Below, in pieces: positions 1-15,000 of a stretch of DNA of 64,000 bases. Source of the stretch: Eledone cirrhosa (Eukaryota); contig OZ024764.1 of NCBI GenBank assembly GCA_964016885.1, forward strand, positions 5,580,001-5,644,000, given 5' to 3'. The stretch's first letter is position 1; the number at the start of each line of letters is the position of its first letter. The notes under the pieces were generated by a model. That model saw only the letters and a program-made list of their open reading frames with translations, did not search any database and was not told where the DNA came from. Made by a program: the position numbers and the translations under genes.

Positions 1-3000
1 CATTTAGACCTATTTCAATCTAGATATACCTACTGATATAGTCTGACATTTAGACCTGTTTCTCTCTAGATATACCTACTGCAATGGTCTCACATTTAGA
101 CCTATTTCTCTCTAGATATACCTACTGATATAGTCTTACATTTAGACCTGTTTCTCTCTAGATATACCTACTGCAATGTTCTTACATTTAGACCTGTTTC
201 TCTCTAGATATACCTACAACTATAGTCTCACATTTAGACCTATTTCAATCTAGATATACCTACTGATATAGTCTGACATTTAGACCTGTTTCTCTCTAGA
301 TATACCTACTGCAATGGTCTTACATTTAGACCTGTTTCTCTCTAGATATACCTACTGCTATAGTCTCACATTTAGACCTATTTCTCTCTAGATATACCTA
401 CTGATATAGTCTTACATTTAGACCTGTTTCTCTCTAGATATACCTACTGCAATGTTCTTACATTTAGACCTGTTTCTCTCTAGATATACCTACTGCTATA
501 GTCTCACATTTAGACCTGTTTCTCTCTAGATGTACCTACTGCTATAGTCTCACATTTAGACCTGTTTCTCTCTAGATGTACCTACGGCTATAGTCTCACA
601 TTTAGACCGGTTTCTCTCTAGATATACCTACTGCTGTAGTCTCACAGTTAGACCTGTTTCTCTCTAGATATACCTACTGCTATAGTCTTACATTTAGACC
701 TGTCTCTCTCTAGATATACCTACTGCTATAGTCTCACATTTAGACCTCTTTCTTTCTAGATATACCTACTGTTATAGTCTTACATTTAGACCTGTTTCTC
801 TCTAGATATACCTACTGCTGTAGTCTCACATTTAGACCTGTTTCTCTCTAGATGTATCTACTGCTATAGTCTTATATTTAGACCTGTTTCTCTCTAGATA
901 TACCTACTGCTATAGTCTCACATTTAGACCTGTTTCTCTCTAGATATACCTACTGTTATAGTCTCACATTTAGACCTGTTTCTCTCTAGATGTACCTACC
1001 GCTATAGTCTCACATTTAGACCTGTTTCTCTCTAGATATACCTACTGCTATAGTCTTACATTTATACCTGTTTCTCTCTAGATATACCTACTGCTGTCGT
1101 CTCATATTTAGACCTGTTTCTCTCTAGATATACCTACTGCTATAGTCTTACATTTAGACCTGTTTCTCTCTAGATATACCTACTGCTGTAGTCTCACATT
1201 TAGACCTGTTTCTCTCTAGATGTACCTACTGCTATAGTCTCACATTTAGACCTGTTTCTCTCTAGATATACCTACTGATATAGTCTTACATTTAGACCTG
1301 TTTCTCTCTAGATGTACCTACTGCTATAGTCTCACATTTAGACCTGTTTCTCTCTAGATATACCTACTGCTATAGTCTTACATTTAGACCTGTTTCTCTC
1401 TAGATATACCTACTGCTATAGTCTTACATTTAGACCTGTTTCTCTCTCGATATACCTACAACTATAGTCTCACATTTAGACCTATTTCAATCTAGATATA
1501 CTTACTGATATAGTCTTACATTTAGACCTGTTTCTCTCTAGATATACCTACTGCAATGGTCTTACATTTAGACCTGTTTCTCTCTAGATATACCTACTGC
1601 TATAGTCTCACATTTAGACCTGTTTCTCTCTAGATGTACCTACTGCTATAGTCTTACATTTAGACCTGTTTCTCTCTAGATATACCTACTGCTGTAGTCT
1701 CACATTTAGACCTGTTTCTCTCTAGATATACCTACTGCTATAGTCTTACATTTAGACCTGTTTCTCTCTAGATATACCTACTGCTGTAGTCTCACATTTA
1801 GACCTGTTTCTCTCTAGATATACCTATTGATATAGTCTTACATTTAGACCTGTATCTCTCTAGATATACCTACTGCTATAGTCTCACATTTAGACCTCTT
1901 TCTCTCTAGATATACCTACTGCTATAGTCTCACATTTAGACCTGGTTCTCTTTAGATGTACCTACTGATATAGTCTCACATTTAGACCTGTTTCTCTCTA
2001 GATGTACCTACTGCTATAGTCTTACATTTAGACCTGTTTCTCTCTAGATGTACCTACTGCTATAGTCTCACATTTAGACCTGTTTCTCTCTAGATATACC
2101 TACTGCTATAGTCTCACATTTAGACCTGTCTCTCTCTAGATATACCTACTGCTATAGTCTCACATTTAGACCTCTTTCTCTCTAGATATACCTACTGTTA
2201 TAGTCTTACATTTAGACCTGTTTCTCTCTAGATATACCTACTGCTGTAGTCTCACATTTAGACCTGTTTCTCTCTAGATGTACCTACTGCTATAGTCTTA
2301 CATTTAGACCTATTTCTCTCTAGATATACCTACTGCTATAGTCTCACTTTAGACCTGTTTCTCTCTAGATATACCTACTGCTATAGTCTCACATTTAGAC
2401 CTGTTTCTCTCTAGATGTACCTACCGCTATAGTCTCACATTTAGACCTGTTTCTCTCTAGATATACCTACTGCTGTAGTCTCACATTTAGACCTGTTTCT
2501 CTCTAGATATACCTACTGCTGTCGTCTCATATTTAGACCTGTTTCTCTCTAGATATACCTACTGCTATAGTCTTACATTTAGACCTGTTTCTCTCTAGAT
2601 ATACCTAGTGCTGTAGTCTCACATTTAGACCTGTTTCTCTCTAGATGTACCTACTGCTATAGTCTCACATTTAGACCTGTTTCTCTCTAGATATACCTAC
2701 TGCTATAGTCTTACATTTAGACCTGTTTCTCTCTAGATATACCTACTGCTATAGTCTTACATTTAGACCTGTTTTTCTCTCGATATACCTACAACTATAG
2801 TCTCACATTTAGACCTATTTCAATCTAGATATACTTACTGATATAGTCTTACATTTAGACCTGTTTCTCTCTAGATATACCTACTGCAATGGTCTTACAT
2901 TTAGACCTGTTTCTCTCTAGATATACCTACTGCTATAGTCTCACATTTAGACCTGTTTCTCTCTAGATGTACCTACTGCTATAGTCTCACATTTAGACCT

Positions 3001-6000
3001 GTTTCTCTCTAGATATACCTACTGCTATAGTCTTACATTTAGACCTGTTTCTCTCTAGATATACCTACTGCTATAGTCTTACATTTAGACCTGTTTCCCT
3101 CTAGATATACCTACTGCTATAGTCTCACATTTAGACCTATTTCTCTCTAGATATACCTACTGATATAGTCTTACATTTAGACCTGTTTCTCTCTAGATAT
3201 ACCTACTGCAATGGTCTTACATTTAGACCTGTTTCTCTCTAGATATACCTACTGCTATCGTCTCACATTTAGACCTGTTTCTCTCTAGATGTACCTACTG
3301 CTATAGTCTCACATTTAGACCTGTTTCTCTCTAGATATACCTACTGCTGTAGTCTCACATTTAGACCTGTTTCTCTCTAGATAGACCTACTGCTATAGTC
3401 TCACATTTAGACCCGTTTCTCTCTAGATATACCTACTGCTATAGTCTTACATTTAGACCTGCTTCTCTCTAGATATACCTACTGCTATAGTCTCACATTT
3501 AGACCTGTTTCTCTCTAGATATACCTACTGCTATAGTCTCACATTTAGACCGCTTTCTCTCTAGATATACCTACTGTTATAGTCTTACATTTAGACCTGT
3601 TTCTCTCTAGATATACCTACTGCTGTAGTCTCACATTTAGACCTGTTTCTCTCTAGATATACCTACTGCTATAGTCTCACATTTAGACCCGTTTCTCTCT
3701 AGATATACCTACTGCTATAGTCTTACATTTAGACCTGCTTCTCTCTAGATATACCTACTGCTATAGTCTCACATTTAGACCTGTCTCTCTCTAGATATGC
3801 CTACTACTATAGTCTCACATTTAGACCTCTTTCTCTCTAGATATACCTACTGTTATAGTCTTACATTTAGACCTGTTTCTCTCTAGATATACCTACTGCT
3901 GTAGCCTCACGTTTAGACCTGTTTCTCTCTAGATATACCTATTGATATAGTCTTACATTTAGACCTGTATCTCTCTAGATATACCTACTGCTATAGTCTC
4001 ACATTTAGACCTCTTTCTCTCTAGATATACCTACTGCTATAGTCTCACATTTAGACCTGGTTCTCTTTAGATGTACCTACTGATATAGTCTCACATTTAG
4101 ACCTGTTTCTCTCTAGATGTACCTACTGCTATAGTCTTACATTTAGACCTGTTTCTCTCTAGATGTACCTACTGCTATAGTCTTACATTTAGACCTGTTT
4201 CTCTCTAGATGTACCTACTGCTATAGTCTTACATCTAGACCTGTTTCTCTCTAGATATACCTACTGCTGTAGTCTCACATTTAGACCTGTTTCTCTCTAG
4301 ATGTACCTACTGCTATAGTCTCACATTTAGACCTGTTTCTCTCTAGATATACCTACTGATATACTCTTACATTTAGACCTGTTTCTCTCTAGATATACCT
4401 ACTGCTGTAGTCTCACATTTAGACCTGTTTCTCTCTAGATATACCTACTGCTATAGTCTTACATTTAGACCTGTTTCTCTCTAGATATCCCTACTGCTGT
4501 AGTCTCACATTTAGACCTGTTTCTCTCTAGATATACCTACTGTTATAGTCTTACATTTAGACCTGTTTCTCTCTAGATATACCTACTGCTGTAGTCTCAC
4601 ATTTAGACCTGTTTCTCTCTAGATGTACCTACTGCTATAGTCTTACATTTAGACCTGTTTCTCTCTAGATATACCTACTGTTATAGTCTTACATTTAGAC
4701 CTGTTTCTCTCTAGATATACCTACTGCTGTAGTCTCACATTTAGACCTGTTTCTCTCTAGATGTACCTACTGCTATAGTCTTACATTTAGACCTGTTTCT
4801 CTCTAGATATACCTACTGCTATAGTCTCACTTTAGACCTGTTTCTCTCTAGATATACCTACTGCTATAGTCTCACATTTAGACCTGTTTCTCTCTAGATA
4901 TACCTACTGCTATAGTCTTACATCTAGACCTGTTTCTCTCTAGATATACCTACTGCTGTAGTCTCACATTTAGACCTGTTTCTCTCTAGATGTACCTACT
5001 GCTATAGTCTCACATTTAGACCTGTTTCTCTCTAGATATACCTACTGATATAGTCTTACATTTAGACCTGTTTCTCTCTAGATATACCTACTGATATAGT
5101 CTTACATTTAGACCTGTTTCTCTCTACATGTATTTACTGCTATAGTCTCACATTTAGACCTGTTTCTCTCTAGATATACCTACTGCTATAGTCTTACATT
5201 TAGACCTGTTTCTCTCTAGATATACCTACAACTATAGTCTCACATTTAGACCTATTTCAATCTAGATATACCTACTGATATAGTCTGACATTTAGACCTG
5301 TTTCTCTCTAGATATACCTACTGCAATGGTCTTACATTTAGACCTGTTTCTCTCTAGATATACCTACTGCTATAGTCTCACATTTAGACCTATTTCTCTC
5401 TAGATATACCTACTGATATAGTCTTACATTTAGACCTGTTTCTCTCTAGATATACCTACTGCAATGTTCTTACATTTAGACCTGTTTCTCTCTAGATATA
5501 CCTACTGCTATAGTCTCACATTTAGACCTGTTTCTCTCTAGATGTACCTACTGCAATGGTCTTACATTTAGACCTGTTTCTCTCTAGATATACCTACTGC
5601 AATGTTCTTACATTTAGACCTGTTTCTCTCTAGATATACCTACTGCTATAGTCTCACAATTAGACCTGTTTCTCTCTAGATATACCTACTGTAATGGTCT
5701 TACATTTAGACCCGTTTCTCTCTAGATGTACCTACTGCTATAGTCTCACATTTAGACCTGTTTCTCTCTAGATATACCTACTGCTGTAGTCTCACATTTA
5801 GACCTGTTTCTCTCTAGATATACCTACTGCTATAGTATTACATTTAGACCCGTTTCTCTCTAGATATACCTACTGCAATGGTCTTACATTTAGACCTGTT
5901 TCTCTCTAGATATACCTACTGATATAGTCTCACATTTAGACCTGTTTCTCTCTAGATATACCTACTGCTGTAGTCTCACATTTAGACCTGTTTCTCTCTA

Positions 6001-9000
6001 GATGTACCTACTGCTATAGTCTTACATTTAGACCTATTTCTCTCTAGATATACCTACTGCTATAGTCTCACTTTAGACCTGTTTCTCTCTAGATATACCT
6101 ACTGCTATAGTCTCACATTTAGACCTGTTTCTCTCTAGATGTACCTACCGCTATAGTCTCACATTTAGACCTGTTTCTCTCTAGATATACCTACTGCTAT
6201 AGTCTTACATTTAGACCTGTTTCTCTCTAGATATACCTACTGCTGTAGTCTCACATTTAGACCTGTTTCTCTTTAGATATACCTACTGCTATAGTCTTAC
6301 ATCTAGACCTGTTTCTCTCTAGATATACCTACTGCTGTAGTCTCACATTTAGACCTGTTTCTCTCTAGATGTACCTACTGCTATAGTCTCACATTTAGAC
6401 CTGTTTCTCTCTAGATATACCTACTGATATAGTCTTACATTTAGACCTGTTTCTCTCTAGATATACCTACTGCTGTAGTCTCACATTTAGACCTGTTTCT
6501 CTCTAGATATACCTACTGCTATAGTCTTACATTTAGACCTGTTTCTCTCTAGATATACCTACTGCTGTAGTCTCACATTTAGACCTGTTTCTCTCTAGAT
6601 GTACCTACTGCTATAGTCTCACATTTAGACCTGTTTCTCTCTAGATATACTTACTGATATAGTCTTACATTTAGAACTGTTTCTCTCTAGATATACCTAC
6701 TGATATAGTCTTACATTTAGACCTGTTTCTCTCTAGATGTACCTACTGCTATAGTCTCACATTTAGACCTGTTTCTCTCTAGATATACCTACTGCTATAG
6801 TCTTACATTTAGACCTGTTTCTCTCTAGATATACCTACAACTATAGTCTCACATTTAGACCTATTTCAATCTAGATATACCTACTGATATAGTCTTACAT
6901 TTAGACCTGTTTCTCTCTAGATATACCTACTACAATGGTCTTACATTTAGACCTGTTTCTCTCTAGATATACCTACTGCTATAGTCTCACATTTAGACCT
7001 ATTTCTCTCTAGATATACCTACTGATATAGTCTTACATTTAGACCTGTTTCTCTCTAGATATACCTACTGCAATGGTCTTACATTTAGACCTGTTTCTCT
7101 CTAGATATACCTACTGCTATAGTCTCACATTTAGACCTGTTTCTCTCTAGATGTACCTACTGCTATAGTCTCACCTTTAGACCCGTTTCTCTCTAGATGT
7201 ACCTACTGCTATAGTCTCACATTTAGACCGGTTTCTCTCTAGATATACCTACTGCTGTAGTCTCACAGTTAGACCTGTTTCTCTCTAGATATACCTACTG
7301 CTATAGTCTTACATTTAGACCTGTTTCTCTCTAGATATACCTACAGCTATAGTCTCACATTTAGACCTATTTCTCTCTAGATATACCTATTGATATAGTC
7401 TTACATTTAGACCTGTTTCTCTCTAGATATACCTACTGTAATGGTCTTACATTTAGACCCGTTTCTCACAAGATATACCTACTGCTATAGCCTCACATTT
7501 AGACCCGTTTCTCTCTAGATATACCTACTGATATAGTCTTACATTTAGACCTGTTTCTCTCTAGATATACCTACTGCAATGGTCTTACATTTAGACCCGT
7601 TTCTCTCTAGATATTCCTACTGCTATAGTCTTACATTTAGACCTGTTTCTCTCTAGATATACCTACTGATATAGTCTTACATTTAGACCTGTTTCTCTCT
7701 AGATATACCTACTGATATAGTCTTACATTTAGACCTCTTTCTCTCTAGATGTACCTACTGCTATAGTCTCACATTTAGACCTGTTTCTCTCTAGATATAC
7801 CTACTGCTATAGTCTTACATTTAGACCTGTTTCTCTCTAGATATACCTACAACTATAGTCTCACATTTAGACCTATTTCTCTCTAGATATACCTACTGAT
7901 ATAGTCTTACATTTAGACCTGTTTCTCTCTAGATATACCTACTGCAATGTTCTTACATTTAGACCTGTTTCTCTCTAGATATACCTACTGCTATAGTCTC
8001 ACATTTAGACCTGTTTCTCCCTAGATGTACCTACTGCTATAGTCTCACATTTAGACCTGTTTCTCTCTAGATGTACCTACTGCTATAGTCTCACATTTAG
8101 ACCGGTTTCTCTCTAGATATACCTACTGCTGTAGTCTCACAGTTAGACCTGTTTCTCTCTAGATATACCTACTGCTATAGTCTTACATTTAGACCTGTCT
8201 CTCTCTAGATATACCTACTGCTATAGTCTCACATTTAGACCTCTTTCTTTCTAGATATACCTACTGTTATAGTCTTACATTTAGACCTGTTTCTCTCTAG
8301 ATATACCTACTGCTGTAGTCTCACATTTAGACCTGTTTCTCTCTAGATGTATCTACTGCTATAGTCTTATATTTAGACCTGTTTCTCTCTAGATATACCT
8401 ACTGCTATAGTCTCACATTTAGACCTGTTTCTCTCTAGATATACCTACTGCTATAGTCTCACATTTAGACCTGTTTCTCTCTAGATGTACCTACCGCTAT
8501 AGTCTCACATTTAGACCTGTTTCTCTCTAGATATACCTACTGCTATAGTCTTACATTTATACCTGTTTCTCTCTAGATATACCTACTGCTGTCGTCTCAT
8601 ATTTAGACCTGTTTCTCTCTAGATATACCTACTGCTATAGTCTTACATTTAGACCTGTTTCTCTCTAGATATACCTACTGCTGTAGTCTCACATTTAGAC
8701 CTGTTTCTCTCTAGATGTACCTACTGCTATAGTCTCACATTTAGACCTGTTTCTCTCTAGATATACCTACTGATATAGTCTTACATTTAGACCTGTTTCT
8801 CTCTAGATGTACCTACTGCTATAGTCTCACATTTAGACCTGTTTCTCTCTAGATATACCTACTGCTATAGTCTTACATTTAGACCTGTTTCTCTCTAGAT
8901 ATACCTACTGCTATAGTCTTACATTTAGACCTGTTTCTCTCTCGATATACCTACAACTATAGTCTCACATTTAGACCTATTTCAATCTAGATATACTTAC

Positions 9001-12000
9001 TGATATAGTCTTACATTTAGACCTGTTTCTCTCTAGATATACCTACTGCAATGGTCTTACATTTAGACCTGTTTCTCTCTAGATATACCTACTGCTATAG
9101 TCTCACATTTAGACCTGTTTCTCTCTAGATGTACCTACTGCTATAGTCTCACATTTAGACCTGTTTCTCTCTAGATATACCTACTGCTATAGTCTTACAT
9201 TTAGACCTGTTTCTCTCTAGATATACCTACTGCTGTAGTCTCACATTTAGACCTGTTTCTCTCTAGATATACCTATTGATATAGTCTTACATTTAGACCT
9301 GTATCTCTCTAGATATACCTACTGCTATAGTCTCACATTTAGACCTCTTTCTCTCTAGATATACCTACTGCTATAGTCTCACATTTAGACCTGGTTCTCT
9401 TTAGATGTACCTACTGATATAGTCTCACATTTAGACCTGTTTCTCTCTAGATGTACCTACTGCTATAGTCTTACATTTAGACCTGTTTCTCTCTAGATGT
9501 ACCTACTGCTATAGTCTTACATTTAGACCTGTTTCTCTCTAGATGTACCTACTGCTATAGTCTTACATTTAGACCTGTTTCTCTCTAGATGTACCTACTG
9601 ATATAGTCTCACATGTAGACCTGTTTCTCTCTAGATGTACCTACTGCTATAGTCTTACATTTAGACCTGTTTCTCTCTAGATATACCTACTGCTGTAGTC
9701 TCACATTTAGACCTGTTTCTCTCTAGATATACCTACTGCTATAGTCTTACATTTAGACCTGTTTCTCTCTAGATATACCTACAACTATAGTCTCACATTT
9801 AGACCTATTTCAATCTAGATATACCTACTGATATAGTCTTACATTTAGACCTGTTTCTCTCGAGATATACCTACTGCTATAGTCTCACATTTAGACCTGT
9901 TTCTCTCTAGATATACCTACTGCTATAGTCTCACATTTAGACCTGTTTCTCTCTAGATGTACCTACCGCTATAGTCTCACATTTAGACCTGTTTCTCTCT
10001 AGATATACCTACTGCTATAGTCTTACATTTATACCTGTTTCTCTCTAGATATACCTACTGCTGTCGTCTCATATTTAGACCTGTTTCTCTCTAGATATAC
10101 CTACTGCTATAGTCTTACATTTAGACCTGTTTCTCTCTAGATATACCTACTGCTGTAGTCTCACATTTAGACCTGTTTCTCTCTAGATGTACCTACTGCT
10201 ATAGTCTCACATTTAGACCTGTTTCTCTCTAGATATACCTACTGCTGTAGTCTCACGGTTAGACCTGTTTCTCTCTAGATATACCTACTGCTATAGTCTT
10301 ACATTTAGACCTGTTTCTCTCTAGATATACCTACAGCTATAGTCTCACATTTAGACCTATTTCTCTCTAGATATACCTATTGATATAGTCTTACATTTAG
10401 ACCTGTTTCTCTCTAGATATACCTACTGTAATGGTCTTACATTTAGACCTGTTTCTCACTAGATATACCTACTGCTATAGTCTCACATTTAGACCTCTTT
10501 CTCTCTAGATATACCTACTACTGTAGTCTCACATTTAGACCTGTTTCTCTCTAGATATACCTACTGCTATAGTCTCACATTTAGACCCGTTTCTCTCTAG
10601 ATATACCTACTGCTATAGTCTTACATTTAGACCTGCTTCTCTCTAGATATACCTACTGCTATAGTCTCACATTTAGACCTGTCTCTCTCTAGATATACCT
10701 ACTACTATAGTCTCACATTTAGACCTCTTTCTCTCTAGATATACCTACTGTTATAGTCTTACATTTAGACCTGTTTCTCACTAGATATACCTACTGCTAT
10801 AGTCTCACATTTAGACCTCTTTCTCTCTAGATATACCTACTGCTGTAGTCTCACATTTAGACCTGTTTCTCTCTAGATATACCTACTGCTATAGTCTCAC
10901 ATTTAGACCCGTTTCTCTCTAGATATACCTATTGATATAGTCTTACATTTAGTCCTGTATCTCTCTAGATATACCTACTGCTATAGTCTTACATTTAGTC
11001 CTGTATCTCTCTAGATATACCTACCGCTATAGTCTCACATTTAGACCTGTTTCTCTCTAGATATACCTACTGCTATAGTCTTACATTTAGACCTGTTTCT
11101 CTCTAGATATACCTACTACTGTAGTCTCACATTTAGACCTGTTTCTCTCTAGATGTACCTACTGCTATAGTCTCACATTTAGACCTGTTTCTCTGTAGAT
11201 ATACCTACTGATATAGTCTTACATTTAGACCTGTTTCTCTCTAGATATACCTACTGCTATAGTCTCACATTTAGACCTATTTCTCTCTAGATATACCTAC
11301 TGATATAGTCTTACATTTAGACCTGTTTCTCTCTAGATATACCTACTGCAATTGTCTTACATTTAGACCTGTTTCTCTCTAGATATACCTACTGCTATAG
11401 TCTCAGATTTAGACCTGTTTCTCTCTAGATGTACCTACTGCTATAGTCTCACATTTAGACCTGTTTCTCTCTAGATGTACCTACTGCTATAGTCTCACAT
11501 TTAGACCGGTTTCTCTCTAGATATACCTACTGCTGTAGTCTCACAGTTAGACCTGTTTCTCTCTAGATATACCTACTGCTATAGTCTTACATTTAGACCT
11601 GTTTCTCTCTAGATATACCTACTGCTGTAGTCTCACATTTAGACCTGTTTCTCTCTAGATGTACCTACTGTTATAGTCTTACATTTAGACCTGTTTCTCT
11701 CTAGATATACCTACTGCTATAGTCTCACTTTAGACCTGTTTCTCTCTAGATATACCTACTGCTATAGTCTCACATTTAGACCTGTTTCTCTCTAGATGTA
11801 CCTACCGCTATAGTCTCACATTTAGACCTGTTTCTCTCTAGATATACCTACTGCTATAGTCTTACATTTAGACCTGTTTCTCTCTAGATATACCTACTGC
11901 TGTAGTCTCACATTTAGACCTGTTTCTCTCTAGATATACCTACTGCTGTAGTCTCACATTTAGACCTGTTTCTCTCTAGATGTACCTACTGCTATAGTCT

Positions 12001-15000
12001 CACATTTAGACCTGTTTCTCTCTAGATATACTTACTGATATAGTCTTACATTTAGACCTGTTTCTCTCTAGATATACCTACTGCAATTGTCTTACATTTA
12101 GACCTGTTTCTCTCTAGATGTACCTACTGCTATAGTCTCACATTTAGACCTGTTTCTCTGTAGATATACCTACTGATATAGTCTTACATTTAGACCTGTT
12201 TCTCTCTAGATATACCTACTGCTATAGTCTCACATTTAGACCTATTTCTCTCTAGATATACCTACTGATATAGTCTTACATTTAGACCTGTTTCTCTCTA
12301 GATATACCTACTGCAATTGTCTTACATTTAGAACTGTTTCTCTCTAGATATACCTACTGATATAGTCTTACATTTAGACCCGTTTCTCTCTAGATGTACC
12401 TACTGCTATAGTCTCACATTTAGACCTGTTTCTCTCTAGATATACCTACTGTTATAGTCTTACATTTAGACCTGTTTCTCACTAGATATACCTACTGCTA
12501 TAGTCTCACATTTAGACCTCTTTCTCTCTAGATATACCTACTGCTGTAGTCTCACATTTAGACCTGTTTCTCTCTAGATATACCTACTGCTATAGTCTCA
12601 CATTTAGACCCGTTTCTCTCTAGATATACCTATTGATATAGTCTTACATTTAGTCCTGTATCTCTCTAGATATACCTACTGCTATAGTCTTACATTTAGT
12701 CCTGTATCTCTCTAGATATACCTACCGCTATAGTCTCACATTTAGACCTGTTTCTCTCTAGATATACCTACTGCTGTAGTCTCACATTTAGACCTGTTTC
12801 TCTCTAGATATACCTACTGCTGTAGTCTCACATTTAGACCTGTTTCTCTCTAGATATACCTACTGCTGTAGTCTCACATTTAGACCTGTTTCTCTCTAGA
12901 TATACCTACTGCTATAGTCTTACATCTAGACCTGTTTCTCTCTAGATATACCTACTGCTGTAGTCTCACATTTAGACCTGTTTCTCTCTAGATGTACCTA
13001 CTGCTATAGTCTCACATTTAGACCTGTTTCTCTCTAGATATACCTACTGATATAGTCTTACATTTAGACCTGTTTCTCTCTAGATATACCTACTGATATA
13101 GTCTTACATTTAGACCTGTTTCTCTCTAGATGTACCTACTGCTATAGTCTCACATTTAGACCTGTTTCTCTCTAGATATACCTACTGCTATAGTCTTACA
13201 TTTAGACCTGTTTCTCTCTAGATATACCTACAACTATAGTCTCACATTTAGACCTATTTCAATCTAGATATACCTACTGATATAGTCTGACATTTAGACC
13301 TGTTTCTCTCTAGATATACCTACTGCAATGGTCTCACATTTAGACCTATTTCTCTCTAGATATACCTACTGATATAGTCTTACATTTAGACCTGTTTCTC
13401 TCTAGATATACCTACTGCAATGTTCTTACATTTAGACCTGTTTCTCTCTAGATATACCTACAACTATAGTCTCACATTTAGACCTATTTCAATCTAGATA
13501 TACCTACTGATATAGTCTGACATTTAGACCTGTTTCTCTCTAGATATACCTACTGCAATGGTCTTACATTTAGACCTGTTTCTCTCTAGATATACCTACT
13601 GCTATAGTCTCACATTTAGACCTATTTCTCTCTAGATATACCTACTGATATAGTCTTACATTTAGACCTGTTTCTCTCTAGATATACCTACTGCAATGTT
13701 CTTACATTTAGACCTGTTTCTCTCTAGATATACCTACTGCTATAGTCTCACATTTAGACCTGTTTCTCTCTAGATGTACCTACTGCTATAGTCTCACATT
13801 TAGACCTGTTTCTCTCTAGATGTACCTACTGCTATAGTCTCACATTTAGACCGGTTTCTCTCTAGATATACCTACTGCTGTAGTCTCACAGTTAGACCTG
13901 TTTCTCTCTAGATATACCTACTGCTATAGTCTTACATTTAGACCTGTCTCTCTCTAGATATACCTACTGCTATAGTCTCACATTTAGACCTCTTTCTTTC
14001 TAGATATACCTACTGTTATAGTCTTACATTTAGACCTGTTTCTCTCTAGATATACCTACTGCTGTAGTCTCACATTTAGACCTGTTTCTCTCTAGATGTA
14101 TCTACTGCTATAGTCTTATATTTAGACCTGTTTCTCTCTAGATATACCTACTGCTATAGTCTCACATTTAGACCTGTTTCTCTCTAGATATACCTACTGT
14201 TATAGTCTCACATTTAGACCTGTTTCTCTCTAGATGTACCTACCGCTATAGTCTCACATTTAGACCTGTTTCTCTCTAGATATACCTACTGCTATAGTCT
14301 TACATTTATACCTGTTTCTCTCTAGATATACCTACTGCTGTCGTCTCATATTTAGACCTGTTTCTCTCTAGATATACCTACTGCTATAGTCTTACATTTA
14401 GACCTGTTTCTCTCTAGATATACCTACTGCTGTAGTCTCACATTTAGACCTGTTTCTCTCTAGATGTACCTACTGCTATAGTCTCACATTTAGACCTGTT
14501 TCTCTCTAGATATACCTACTGATATAGTCTTACATTTAGACCTGTTTCTCTCTAGATGTACCTACTGCTATAGTCTCACATTTAGACCTGTTTCTCTCTA
14601 GATATACCTACTGCTATAGTCTTACATTTAGACCTGTTTCTCTCTAGATATACCTACTGCTATAGTCTTACATTTAGACCTGTTTCTCTCTCGATATACC
14701 TACAACTATAGTCTCACATTTAGACCTATTTCAATCTAGATATACTTACTGATATAGTCTTACATTTAGACCTGTTTCTCTCTAGATATACCTACTGCAA
14801 TGGTCTTACATTTAGACCTGTTTCTCTCTAGATATACCTACTGCTATAGTCTCACATTTAGACCTGTTTCTCTCTAGATGTACCTACTGCTATAGTCTTA
14901 CATTTAGACCTGTTTCTCTCTAGATATACCTACTGCTGTAGTCTCACATTTAGACCTGTTTCTCTCTAGATATACCTACTGCTATAGTCTTACATTTAGA